A DNA stretch of 63,887 nucleotides, counting the filler, from Dimargaris cristalligena (lineage: Eukaryota), in the NCBI GenBank assembly GCA_003614675.1. It is 11 parts of 11 records of this genome, joined end to end, with 100 filler letters (N's around TTAATTAATTAA, not from the genome) between each part and the next. Parts side by side here need not be neighbours in the genome. Positions count along the whole stretch, not along the records: positions 35,819 to 41,645 come from ML003576.1; positions 41,746 to 47,560 come from ML003577.1; positions 47,661 to 53,476 come from ML003578.1; 8 more parts are not named here. One strand, given 5' to 3'. The notes beneath the pieces were generated by a model. The model worked only from the letters and a program-made list of their open reading frames with translations. It did not search any database and was not told where the DNA came from. The first letter of the stretch is position 1; each line of letters begins with the position of its first letter. This document shows, piece after piece, positions 35,915 through 48,590 of this stretch. The position numbers and the translations under genes were made by a program.

Positions 35915-36060
35915 AATATGGGAGTAGTTCAGCAAGGCTGTATAACGAAAAATCCATTTGATGAGGCAAATACTACTGGTTGAAAATAAACATCCCGCCG
36001 ATTTTCCCATACACATATCGGTTAAAACCTTATATAACCAAGCTGAACTTCACCCATATA
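35915..36060. repeat. Dispersed repeat family E, copy 2
   Basis: Colinear with 20685-20830. Confidence 0.7.
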
Positions 36061-36119
36061 AACCCAAATTCTTAAGGAGCCGCCTAGTTAAGCCAAATAG
36101 ATATGCCCAGGGACGTTCA

Positions 36120-36833
36120 TTACACTAGGTAGTAGACAAAAGATAGTGTACCCACTATACCAGTGGTGGCCACGGCCAGGCCACTGGAAGTGAATTGCAA
36201 GTGCGAACCTCCGGAGAGATCCCCACCCAGCAATGTTGACGAATAGGGCCGGGCGGAACTCGAAGTTCGGGAAGCGCTGGATGAGGCTGACGAGAATGCC
36301 GAGTAGGTGGACGAAGCGGACATGGTGGTCGAAGTCATTGTAGAGGTAGTATCAGCGGTAGTAGCAGTGGCGGTGGCGGTGGAAGAGGAGGTGGTATCCG
36401 TGGTTTTAATGTCTGTACTGCTGGTGGTGCTGGCGGTAGTATTGGACGTGGCCGGGTCCCCTTTCGGGGTGGCCATGGCCTTATTATCCTTGTCAGCCAG
36501 GTAGCCACTAGCGTTGAACGGCAGGTCCTTACGGTTATTGTCGACGCACGCGAAGAAACAGTTGCCCTGCAGAATGTAGGTGTTGGTAGTGAGCTGGTTT
36601 AGCGGGGTGGTCATGCAGTTGTTGTAGCAGTCGGTGTACTGGGGCATGGTGATTTTGAGGCAATCCTTGGCACATGTGGGGAGTGATTTGGAACAGGCTT
36701 CCTCGAAGTAGCATTGGAGCTCAGCGGGTACTGATATGTCACTAGCGCTGACGCCCTGAGCCTCCACCGCTTGGGGAAGCTGGAAAAGGGCCAGCTGGGC
36801 GGCGACTAATAGCACAAATGTGGAGCGAACCAT
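36120..36833 (-). CDS. Secreted 8-Cys domain protein with S/T-rich stalk and hydrophobic C-terminus (probably GPI-anchored)
   Basis: Signal peptide, C-x5-C-x6-C-x3-C-x10-C-x3-C-x18-C-x3-C, long S/T tract, SGG omega-like site, hydrophobic tail. Confidence 0.85.
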   Translation of the reverse strand: MVRSTFVLLVAAQLALFQLPQAVEAQGVSASDISVPAELQCYFEEACSKSLPTCAKDCLKITMPQYTDCYNNCMTTPLNQLTTNTYILQGNCFFACVDNNRKDLPFNASGYLADKDNKAMATPKGDPATSNTTASTTSSTDIKTTDTTSSSTATATATTADTTSTMTSTTMSASSTYSAFSSASSSASRTSSSARPYSSTLLGGDLSGGSHLQFTSSGLAVATTGIVGTLSFVYYLV

Positions 36834-39740
36834 ATTAGATATGTAGGTATGAGTATATAGAAAAGGTAAGTTGTGGGCGGGGGAGGTGAGAGGAGATGCA
36901 GAACGGGAAAGGAAATGGCCCTGGATTTAAATGCTAATGTGGGCCTAAAGGAAATTATTAGTAGGGCGCTGGTTTTGGTGCGGGTAGTAAGAGTCGGGCG
37001 AGGTCGGTTTTGTGGCTGCTGGGAGAAAGTCGGGCCCTAGACTACTTATATAGATGGACCCAGGGCAAAGCAGTGGAAGGGGTACGGGCATCGGCCACTT
37101 GGCCCAAGTACGAATGCCGCTGCAACAAGGTATATGAGCAATGCGTAGAGAATGAGGACGGATTTACGTGGGTTTACATTTATTCTGTAAAACGGCTGAC
37201 AATGGCTTTGATGTGCCAATTTCCATTGTACTTGTTCCCCGCCAATGAATAAGTAGATAATGGACATTTGCACTCAAGCACAAGGTGGTGGATATTAGAG
37301 GAATCGGAGGTTTAACAATATAAAAAATAACCAAACATCTGTATAGTGAAGCTAAGCAGTGGTCCCTATTAGCTCGCATCCCCCCAATTGCAACTAATAC
37401 AAGGAAAACACGGTGGTCTTTTCGATTTGCCTTCACTTTACTGCTCTTTTAGCGACTATTTCGCTATGTCGCAGAGAGGGCAAGAGTGCGAAAATCGGGA
37501 CGATCCCCGGCTTGCCAATCGAGCCGGGCACTTGTAGAGGAACCCGAAAATGGATTATTCACGAATCTAAGCAATGCAATGGAAGAGTGGGATAATTTTT
37601 CATTTAACGGGAGGGAGGGGGAGTTGACGAAGGAAAGAGCAATCGGAGACGAACCAAGCCACCCTCTACCAAATCCCCGCTCATCCAAAACCCTGGCTGT
37701 AGATTTTCACAAATTCCTTCCCCTCGTCCCTCTCGTTCCTTCCTCCAGCTCGAATCGATTATTCAATCGAACTAAAGTAGGATCGGCCCAGTCGGATCTG
37801 CGGCTATTTTTATGCAATAGGGAGAGGGGGGTGTTATTGGCCCCGATGGATTATCATCATCCCTCATCCCTCTCCCCTAGTATCTTTCTTCCACCCTCCT
37901 TAGCCTGCACAGGTTTTCCAAAATGACATTGACGATGTGCCAGCTCGTTTGGCGAATGACAGAGCGAATCCCACCCATCTCTCCCCACCGAAATCCTCCA
38001 TCGACAATGACGTACAGTGAAGAGGGTAGTGTACAAATGCCTATCTGAAACCTGTAGTATTTTTAGCCAACCAGTGACCGTGCGTAGGAGTCGTCGTCTA
38101 CTTTAACCATTTTTGTTCAAATCTCTGGTACGGAATATTTACGATTTGATTGCCATAGCGGGATAATCTACCTCGCTGAAGGCTGCTAATTGGTTGGGTA
38201 AACTCAAATTTGTAAATAGAGGATACATTAATGTTGGGCGGATAGGGTCATCTGTAAACTATTTTGGTCATTTCAGTTGTGTCGGCTAAGAATAGAATAT
38301 ATTCCGCAGGGGTAGGGAGGGGTGGAGGTATTCGTAGGAGGTCGACACTAGACCCATGTATAGTCCGTTCCAATAATAGCTTGGGTGGAGAATCGCAAGG
38401 AATCGCCAATTGACAGCACAGTAGCAGCGTTGGAAGACTAGGGCCCTATTATCGCCCAGTCGGTGGTAATCGGGATGAAGGGCATCAAACGGAGAGGTTC
38501 GGTGAAACTTGTGATCTGTTCTCCCACACTGCAAATGCTCACTCGTCGATTTTCGAAACCCTTTTGGCTATCATTACTAATAGTCGACTTTATCCCTAGA
38601 AAGAGTTATCATAACTTTATTTCAAAAACGAGTAGAGGATTGGTGACTAATGGAGTGTTGCATATAGCTGGGCAATTGGCAATTCCTTCTGTAGAACGCT
38701 CATTCCACGCACCAGCGATAATTAAATGGTCGCTATTTCTACCGCCCATTAGCATCGGAGAAGTGTATTATTGAAGGCCCCTTGGTTTAATCGGAAAGGA
38801 CGAAGTCACTGTATTCAATAATATAAACACGAATTCTCAATTTGGCCTTGAATAAAGAGCACTTAAGCCCCCTGTCCTTGTATTCGTTTTTCTTTACTCC
38901 CCTCCCTCCCCCTACACATATACAAACTCCCGCGGTCTCTCCGTTCGTATACATCCATATTTATCTGTCCATTTCATTATTATTATTTTTATTTTAATGC
39001 AATTGCCCTTCCATATTATATGAAGAACCAGCTAGTATTTATAGCGTCGTCCCACTATAATCCCACAAAAAAAGGCTGGTCACAGAGCCTGAATACCGTC
39101 CAAATAAGACGCCCACTTTCTTAATTTAAACATAGATACATTAGCTGGGACTCTTAAGTGAATAAACTATTAGTAATAGGAGCCCCATAGCTAAGTAACT
39201 CGCCTTTATTTAAAATGCATGCACTTCAAAAATTGAATTAAAACTTGATGTTTTAACGACGGTGGGGTTAACACCAGTCGTTTTTTAGTCGTCTGAATGG
39301 GATAGTTCAACACCAACCCCAAAATGTCACTTCGAAAAGTTCCCCTGGAAAAACACAGCCAACCACAGGCCTCCAGACTTTTCTACTAGACCGACCTACT
39401 AAACCTCAAATTATCATTATTATTCGACAGGTGTCTATGCTTCGTTCTATTTAAAGGTTTTATTCTAAGTGTGGAAAATTAGTGGGTATAATCACCATCT
39501 TTTTGTACATTTGGATATTTTTCTAAAATCTAATAATGAAACACTATAAACACCACCCAGCAGCATATACTAAGCGATAGGGTAGTGGGTGCGAAAAGAT
39601 TTAGGTTGAAGTAATAAGACAGCAGTGCGACTAAAAAAAAACAAACTATTGGGAATAATTAAATGGGGTGCTTTGTGTATCACGCTCGATGTAAATACAC
39701 ATGGCAAAAGCTCTAGGGTGGGCAAGATGGGGTTACCCAA

Positions 39741-40229
39741 TTAAATGAAGGCAAATGTGGTGATGATAATCGAACCGACGGCCGCTAACGACACGACTGC
39801 GAAACTATAGCGCTGGGTAGCTTCGGCACCCGACCGTGCCACAATCGTTGGAGTAGTACTGTCATCAGCGTCATTAATGTCAAAGGTATCGCCAATGTAA
39901 AACGACGAGTCGGGTAGCTTAGTGGCCAGCCGGTAAACCTGTACACATGGAAAAAAACACTCGCTATTTTTGACGTAGTCGGGGTCCGTCACATTGGTGG
40001 CCGAAAACTTGCACTTGTTGGAACATAACTCAAACTCGGAGTAGGGAATTTGGAGACAGTTTTGCACGCACATTTTAGGGTCCTGGCTTTGGCAGGCGTG
40101 CTTGAAGAAACATTGCATCTGTTTGGGAACTTCGGTGCCGACGGGAACTAAAATGTCGGAGCCCTCGGCGTGGGATAAGCCTAGGAGAGTGAGGGCCAAG
40201 AGGGCGGAGAGATAGAAACGCGCTGACAT
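39741..40229 (-). CDS. Paralogous secreted 8-Cys protein with short stalk (probably GPI-anchored)
   Basis: Signal peptide, C-x5-C-x7-C-x3-C-x10-C-x3-C-x17-C-x3-C, SGA omega-like site, hydrophobic tail. Confidence 0.85.
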   Translation of the reverse strand: MSARFYLSALLALTLLGLSHAEGSDILVPVGTEVPKQMQCFFKHACQSQDPKMCVQNCLQIPYSEFELCSNKCKFSATNVTDPDYVKNSECFFPCVQVYRLATKLPDSSFYIGDTFDINDADDSTTPTIVARSGAEATQRYSFAVVSLAAVGSIIITTFAFI

Positions 40230-42102
40230 GCTGGCAGTGGGTGTGGGTGCGGGTGGAGGGGGATAGTAAAGAAAAACGAAATAGCTCGGCTATGGACTAA
40301 AGGAGACTCAGAGGGAGGAGATAGTGGGTGGGCGGGAGGTAATGTGGCTCTATAGGCTATAATACTTGGTGCTTCCTATGGCTGGTTTGAGAAAAGGGTA
40401 CTGGCTCGGAGGGACGTTAAGGTAGAGAACTATCCGCAGTATTTGGTACGTAGCTGTTGGTAAATAGGCGATAAATTTCAAGGGGGGTGAATACTGGGTG
40501 TAATTTTCTGGAATAAAGGTCAATGAAAGCCACCAAGAGCAAGGGTGCTGAGCATTTAAAAATTGATATCGAGATGTAAGGCTGATGTTGAATGAAAAGT
40601 TTAGGTGGCTAACCCACTAGTTATATATTTACCTAGCTATAAAGGGACATCAAAATTGGGTTTGGGGAAACGTTAATACAATACTAGTGTACAATACAAT
40701 CGGCGGTTTGGGATATGTCCTGTATCTCGAACACCAATGCATTCGAGCTCTGGAGAAGCGGCACCATTAAAGAGAAGGGAGCGGAGGAGGGGAGGGGGGG
40801 ACGAGAAAGGGATAGGGGGAGGGGCAACTAAGAATAAGCGACCCGAAATATCGTTCGCTGCACAACTCCCTACCGTTTGCATTCCCAGATTGCATGGGCC
40901 CCATTCATTGGGTGGTTGGTAAAGAGAGGCACTACCATTATACCCCCTTTTCCTCGTGCGATCATCTTCCCTCGCAATCTCCTCCCCTCCCGTCTCGTCC
41001 CTCTCGCCTCGTCCTTACTTTTTCAATGCGGGAGAAATAGTATAATGCCCGTTCTAGCAGGGGACAAGGACGAGGAGGACCGCCCTAGTTGAGAAGGACA
41101 ATCAAACAGCATAAAGACCGTTCCATCTAGACGATTACCGCTATTATAATGTCAGGGAATTCTCTCTGTAGTGTTGTTAGCCGCATTATCGGGCGAGATT
41201 GGAGAGTGGGAGAACCATGGAGAGGAAGAATTAATTTACATTCGTCTTTATCCACAGTTCTATATAACCCCCGACTATAAAGACAACAATGGAAAGGGGA
41301 GGGGTGTGAGGAAAAGGAGGGGGTGGGGAGGGATAAGCGGGGAGGGAAAAGCTGGAGACGAGGAGGGGTCATTGTCGTTGTTTTTGAAGCGCAATGAACT
41401 GCTCGTTGAATAAATCGCGATTCGCGTCGTCTCCAGCCTTGGGCATGAGAAAGAGTAAGGGGAATAACGAATACCCTCCCCTTAAGCCCTGAATATCGCA
41501 AAAATGAGGGGACCAGTGGTGTAGGGATCTTATCATTATATAGGTTAGACTATCATTTCGTCCTAATTACCCACCTGTAGGTGGACCATACATAAAAGTG
41601 ACTTTGGTATCGGTCTTATTAAGTTACCACATGTATTATAAATAGNNNNNNNNNNNNNNNNNNNNNNNNNNNNNNNNNNNNNNNNNNNNTTAATTAATTA
41701 ANNNNNNNNNNNNNNNNNNNNNNNNNNNNNNNNNNNNNNNNNNNNACTGATAAAATATAGGATATTGTTTGATGAATAATTGGTTTTACAGGATGAATTG
41801 ATAGAGTATGATTCAAGGAGCTGTGCTTTATGTTAATAAATGTGTTCTAATTAATAAAGGAATCAGGTAATTAAATATGCTTTCAGTTACCTGCACTCTG
41901 CAGCATCACATATGTTGCTATGGGAAAGCTAATATAATATAATAAGGCCTAATATAGTTGCAAGCCTAAACTAGTCAGATTAAGGTTAGTTAGGTAGTAT
42001 TATAACTAATTTATTTATACTATAAGATTAACTAACTATATAGGCAAAATCCATACCAACAGATGGGTAATTTAGTAACTCATAATAAGAAAATATATCC
42101 TT

Positions 42103-42588
42103 TGTCACCCAGGTTAACCACTCTTAGTCCATCAAGAGTCCCAAGGATAGGCTTCTAATGGTAGGTAGGGCTTAGACTTGGCTAAGTAAGCTACTAGTAT
42201 TAGGATAGGGACATGGTACTAACTAATAAAGGACAGATGCAGGTATAGGTAAGGGATATGCAGTGTGCACACTTACTAGTTAGTATGAGGGGGTAAGCAT
42301 ATGTAGAGTTTATTGAGGTAAACAGGGGGTATGAATAAGCTAAGGAATCGAACTAGTCCATGATGGGGCCAAGTTATATATATGCAGGGATAGCTCCAGA
42401 GGGAGGTCCCAAGGGGAGATCCTACTAAACTATAGTATAGACCGACTGGATGGCTTTGTATCAGGAAGACTCTCATGGGAACTGAAAGAGTCATTAGATC
42501 AGCAGGTTGAGTGTTTTGTGTGAAGTGCAGGGGCCAGAAGGAGAAGGGTTATATGATAACTGATGAGCCCATAGTACCAGGGGTGACT
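42103..42588 (-). mobile_element. LTR-like repeat family C, copy 2
   Basis: TGTCACCC...GGGTGACT near-perfect terminal inverted repeat; match to 29179-29668; no TSD seen. Confidence 0.7.
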
Positions 42589-43906
42589 ATGGGGGGGTTA
42601 ATATGGCACTATAAGGCCTAATAAGGGCAGATGGTTGTTAGGTCCAGATTTAGGTCAGATTAGGAGGGCTGATATCCCTATTATTTTACTATATTTTTAT
42701 TATTATTACTATACTCTCCCTCTTTTCTAGTTACTAATATATATTAGTTAATCGTTACCTTTCTTTCCCCTACCCCCTATGTTTAAATATAATCCTACCC
42801 TTCCCCAATAGCTTGCTCTTCAGCTAACAACTTTCCTTTTATTTTATCTATTATGATTATTTATTTAAGGATCTTATTATTTCTCACTTTGATCTTAGCA
42901 GTCCTACAGTTCCTAGCCTCACTACCAGCCTGTCATAACAATATTATATACTGTAATATATGTGAGGAATTTTTGGGTAGGGCTATATAATTTGGGAAGT
43001 TGAACTAAAATGTGTATATATACCCTCCCTCCCTTGCCTAGTTTAGAGAGAAATTAACAGTGTTTGGGCCATTGTATTATGGTAACATCTGGTTGTTCCA
43101 CCAAAGGGGTAACATGGGTAGGGCAGAGGTTAGTTTGTCAGCAAGCCACTGCTTAGACTATAGTATTGAAGCAAAACCCCATTTTTTCAATTAATGGCAA
43201 CAGGACAAATATAGGAATTGAGTTGGCTAGCAAACCTGCCAGACTCAATCAGTAAATTTGGCAACCATTAAAACTAGGGAAATTATGAGGTTTGTTATCA
43301 AGAACCTCATTCCAGTGCTTTTAATGTGGACCTCAACATTTATTGGCATCAATAGTTTGACAGCAAGTATTAAAGGAGGTAGACCTGGAGGTTTAAACTG
43401 GACTTGCTACTATTTCTAAAATTATTCTTGTATTAATTCTAAAGGGAGCCAGGTGTATATGGAATATTAACTGAGTAACCATACACTGTTTAATCCTGGG
43501 AAAGTAGCCTAAATGATCGCCAATAGTTAATGTTTTTAATGTTTTAAAAACTTTATAGGGTCCACAAAGTTGTAATCAAGGACAATGGGAGTTGGTTTAC
43601 ATTACTGAGGGATACAATTATAATAAGTCACGAAAGGACATGGTGGAATAAAGTAGGAATGTGGTGAATATAAGAGAAAGAAAAAACACATACAGCAACA
43701 TACGAATGAGCAAAATATTTATAGAGAAATTTTATAGGGGGGATACCACAAGTGAATAAGTAAAATAAAAAATACGTCAAGATGAACAAGTGAGGAGAGT
43801 ATATCGTTACTCTATAGATGAGAAGCTTAGGTTACGGCTGGATTGATGTTCGAGCAACTTTGATGAAAATTCAGGGACAGGGATATATATACGTCTAATA
43901 TGGTGC

Positions 43907-44733
43907 TTAAACTCGACGGTAGTTCTTCTTGCCCAGGTCGAAGGGCAGATACTTATGGCGAATCATGTGCTCAATCTGGCGGCGCATGGTTAGAACGAAT
44001 AGGATGATGAAGTAGATCACCAGGATGGGCCAGAAGACGGGAATGTCGAGGAACTTGAAGAAGGTACAGCCGATGGAGATGAGTACGGCCCGGGTGGCCG
44101 ACAACCAGAACTTGAATTCGGGGAGGCGACGAATGAAGGGACGGAACTCCTCGTTGTTGGACGTGGGGAGCAGTCCGGGGCCATTGGAGCTTTCGCCTTC
44201 GTCCTCAGCATCATCTTCGAGGCCGGGCATGGACGAAGTATCCCATTTGGGGGTCAGAAAGGCCAGGAACAAGTTCAACATGTAAATGCCTAGGGCGTAG
44301 GTCACAATGTACCAGCCGTGGGTACTGAAAATCCGGGCCAAGAAGCCTACGAGGGCGACCACAGTAAAGATCCATCGGTAAGTAGTATACGAAATGGTCG
44401 AGTCAAGGAAATATTGGATTCTCTGGATTGGGGGAAACAGGATAGCATATAGATGTATGTGATATAATAGAGAGATTCATTCGAACAGGCAGGGGTTAGA
44501 TAAATGGGGAAATACGTATGAAAAACTAGGTAGTATGAGATTGGAGATTGTCGAGGGCAGATCAGGAACCGACATTGGCCTGCGACGGCATCGTGGGTGG
44601 AGCGGGGTGCTTAGTTATAGGGAGCGGAACTTACCCGCTCAAAGAAGAGGCGCTGATTACTGATATTGGTGGCGACGGATGCCTCATTATTGTGTAGGCT
44701 GGAGGAGCCGGTGGGGGGCTTAGGCATAGACAT
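43907..44733 (-). CDS. RER1: ER retrieval receptor Rer1; exons 44733-44635 and 44422-43907
   Basis: GWYIVTYALGIYMLNLFLAFLTPK, EFRPFIRRLPEFKFW, DIPVFWPIL, RQIEHMI; phase-0 GTAAGT...CAG intron. Confidence 0.96.
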
Positions 44734-45950
44734 TCTAGTGAAGGGAGCGGAGTTTAAAAACGAGGGAGGGGGTCTTCTAATGGGGAGAGGTGAGATGGAA
44801 CAGCTTCCAGATGGAAAAGGGAAATGGGGTTGAAACGAAATGAAGTGAATTGGTCAGGGAGGGTTGGAGTTGGAGGTGGTGTGAATGTATTGAGGGGTCT
44901 ACGAAAGGAAATGCTAAACGCGAGCGACGTAGCAAGGATAAAATGAACAATGCAGCTGGCCAAACGAAAAGAGAACAATTCAGGGAATATAAAAGAATAC
45001 AACACAAAACGAAGTCAATTGTAGAGCAGGGCAAGGTTGTAGTTCATATGGGAAGGGGAGGTGGGGCTCTCTCTTCAACAGCTGCACAGAAGTTTCGAAT
45101 AATAACAGCCGCGCTTTCTTCCATTGGCAGTGGGTTGTAATACACCTGGCGTATGGGGGGGGAAGCCACCCCTCTCCACTAATTGCCAAGAGGGAACTGC
45201 TTTTGAGCAAGAGTGTGTGTACGCTCTCCATCTGAATACAACAACTATAATGGCTAAGTTGCCTGTGGTTTCAGCTGAGATAGAGGGCTTCCCCAATTAC
45301 CAAAGTAGCCTGTTGTTGTACGGGGAGGAGACGGAAAGGGGTGTTTCTACTATAGGTATCACAGCGAATCAAACCTCCTCCTCATTGAACACTGGCCATA
45401 AGAATAGTCACGTGCATTAAAAAGGGGCTCAGCTGATTCGCCCAGTCGCATTTCTGAAGTCAAGGTGGCGAATAGCAGCAGCCACAGGTCAACAGCATAG
45501 GTTCCCCCCAGCCTTTCTGCCACGTCAGGATGGGAATAGGCGACTATAAATTGCAATAGAACGTCGCCGAATATCTGTCCCACCCCCTTCGTTGGTCGAT
45601 GGGTTGCCTATAGATCCAGAAAATCAGTAACCGAAAATCCCCTTCAAACCAATCTAGATTCATTCTTATCCAGCCTACGATAAATGATGGATAAGCCCAT
45701 CCGTATCCCCAAGTCCAGTGGATACTACATGGCATGAAGCGATTCCGCCTGAATACACCGGCTCTTTGGGGGCATTATTATATCATTTTATTAAGGCCGA
45801 TCATCAGCCGGTAGATCGACGGATATCCCCGCCCACATAAGAAATAAATACGGGAAATTGAGCGGAATGGCTGTCCTTGGGGTTTAAAGAGATAGAGGGG
45901 AGAGGGAGGATCATTTCACTTCATTTGATTTGATTGTTCTACAACGAGGC

Positions 45951-46946
45951 CTATTTGCTAGCAGCCACGAAATCCACACCCTTTTGGATGTTACCCTTGA
46001 GATCCTGGATGGCAATGGCCAGGAGCTCCTTCTCAAAGGCGTTGATGGATCCGATGGGGTGGATACGCTCCACACCGTGGGGGCCCAGTTCGACGGGCAG
46101 GGCAAAGTGATCCAGGCCGTCCACGGAAGCCTGGAGGGCAGCGGCATTGGCGGAGTCGGCTTCGAGGGCAACGAAGGTGGGTTCGACGACCCCCTTTTCG
46201 CCACGAAGGGTGGCGGCGATAACGGCCTGGGCGAAGCGGGCGCCGGCGTGGGCCATGCTCAGAGTGGCCGAGCCGGCGCCGTTCTTGGCCTGGACGACCT
46301 CGTCACCACCGTACTGGATGCGCTTGGTCAGGGCCTCGGCCTCTTCACGGGTGAAGTCCTGGGCGGGTTCGATTTGGGAGAGCAGCGGCACGATAGTGGG
46401 GCCGCTGTGGCCTCCCACAATGGGGATACGGACGGCCACGGGGTCGATCCAGTTCTTGATATCGCTCACGAACCGGGAGGAGCGAACGACGTCCAGGGTG
46501 GTGACGCCAAAAATGCGCTTCGGGTTGTAAACGCCCTTGGACTTGAAGACTTCGGCCACGATGGGCACGGTGGAGTTGACGGGGTTGGAAATGATGAGCA
46601 TAAAGGCGTTGGGGCAGTAGGTGGCAGCGGCGGTGGCCAGGTCGCGGATGATGCCGGCGTTGATTTTGAACAGGTCGTCACGGGTCATGCCGGGCTTGCG
46701 GGGCACCCCCGCGGGAATAATGACCAGCTGGGCGTCGGCCAGGGCGTTCTTCAGGCCATGGTTGTCGGGCAAAAAGGCGGTGACCTTGGCGGGGGTGTTG
46801 ATGTGGGACAGGTCCGCGGCCACGCCGGGTACGTTGACGATATCGTAGAGGGCCAGGTCGGTGATGTCGGTGTTGAGCTTAAGCAGTAGCGACAAGGGCT
46901 GGCCGATACCACCGGCAGCACCGCAGACGGTCACTTTGTAAGGCAT
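45951..46946 (-). CDS. MDH: NAD-dependent malate dehydrogenase without mitochondrial presequence (cytosolic/peroxisomal type)
   Basis: [52 protein letters not shown]. Confidence 0.97.
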   Translation of the reverse strand: MPYKVTVCGAAGGIGQPLSLLLKLNTDITDLALYDIVNVPGVAADLSHINTPAKVTAFLPDNHGLKNALADAQLVIIPAGVPRKPGMTRDDLFKINAGIIRDLATAAATYCPNAFMLIISNPVNSTVPIVAEVFKSKGVYNPKRIFGVTTLDVVRSSRFVSDIKNWIDPVAVRIPIVGGHSGPTIVPLLSQIEPAQDFTREEAEALTKRIQYGGDEVVQAKNGAGSATLSMAHAGARFAQAVIAATLRGEKGVVEPTFVALEADSANAAALQASVDGLDHFALPVELGPHGVERIHPIGSINAFEKELLAIAIQDLKGNIQKGVDFVAASK

Positions 46947-48590
46947 GTTGGAAAGAATGGGAGGTGAGAGAAGCGAAGAGTAGTACAAAGGAGAAGGAAG
47001 AGTTGGTGGGCTGACCAGAAAGGCAGAGGGGCAGAAGATATAGCAGGTAAGGTAAGGGTATAGAGGTTGGGGGAAGGAGGTGGTGTATATGGAAGAATCC
47101 CCCCTCCCAAGTTGCGTGGTATGGAGTGCCTCCTAGTTGTGTTTCAGCTATCTACCGCAGAACATATAATAAGCTCCCTCTGATTCGCCGATAAGGGAGC
47201 AGCGGCGCGTGAAGGGAGATGATACTAGCCATTTCCATATGTGGCGATATTCACAGTCCTACTAAACCCTCCTGCTGAAAAAGAACTGTAGAGCCCCGCT
47301 AATGAAATACGTGTGCATGGGAATAAATTGGATCCAATCAGCTGACCCATGTGCCTTCCCGTAACCTCCCGCCCAGACCCCGCCAGCTCTCCTCCCGACC
47401 CGGCGTGCACATTTTAGATAGCTCCCCTATTTCTCGGCCAGCAAAACGAAGTCACGGCCGGGGTTCTATTTACCAATGGAATGGCACCAATACACCACCG
47501 CCCATATCCCTTACTTTCCCTGTCCAATAAACACGCGAATGAATGGGCACACACACATCTNNNNNNNNNNNNNNNNNNNNNNNNNNNNNNNNNNNNNNNN
47601 NNNNTTAATTAATTAANNNNNNNNNNNNNNNNNNNNNNNNNNNNNNNNNNNNNNNNNNNNTGTTCCTACAGCCTTCTTAGTTTTCAGTATTAGGAGCATG
47701 TAACTACTCGTTATTCATCTACGCGCTAAAGCTTGCACCCTTTAACCCAAACTATTACTTCGGAATACCCCTATATATCTAGACCGGCAACCATCCGTAG
47801 GCCCCTTGTTTTTTACTTTGAACAAGATTTATTCATATTTGAACATTGTTACTTGATTATATGAAGCGTGTGCCGCGCATTGAGTGTTGCTACCTCACCA
47901 TTAGCTATTGATCAGCTTGCTGTTCTTAACATGGTATTGTGTATCTGTTTTTGCGATATAAAGTAGTTGCATGGCTGCTCTTTTCTCTTTTGCCGTATAA
48001 TGCTCTGATTTATTCGTGAAGCGATATGCGGGACTTTATCATTTAGCCAAACTCATTGCCCCGTTTTCTGCCTTCCATATACCATCTACCCTTGCCCGCT
48101 AATGTATTGTAGATGATAATTACACTGGTAAGACCACAATTCAGAGTTAATCGGTGGGGCTGTAGACCAAGGTGGCTTATATTCTGGCTTTACGAAGTCC
48201 TTGCAATTATCTTGCCTCTTTCCAAGTATACATATTTTTAACAATCCCACACAGGTGTGGTGAATTGCCCCATAACTAGATACTCCCCCACCGATAATAA
48301 GTATTAGTTGAAGAACACTCTGTATTTAGTAAAACCCATACACCGGAATATCGTATGGTCAATCACTGCGACAATTCTAATCTTGCCTGTGGATATTAAA
48401 TCAACGAACGAATAAATAGTAGTTCACAGCGACCTGAATTAAGAAGCATACCTTTTAAAGTCGTAAAGATGTCATTTTATTATCGTTCATCTTGGGAAAA
48501 CTCCGACAATATTGTCAGCAAAAATGGGGAATGAAATGGCGAGGAAAGAAGCGAGACAATACACGGGAAAGACGACCCCAAAACGAAAAA

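Noticed and set aside
45930-46889. Long antisense ORFs over MDH (also over SerRS, U1-70K, kinesin, GH35, MCP, DGC)
   Set aside because: Shadow ORFs caused by strong GC3 codon bias on the coding strand.
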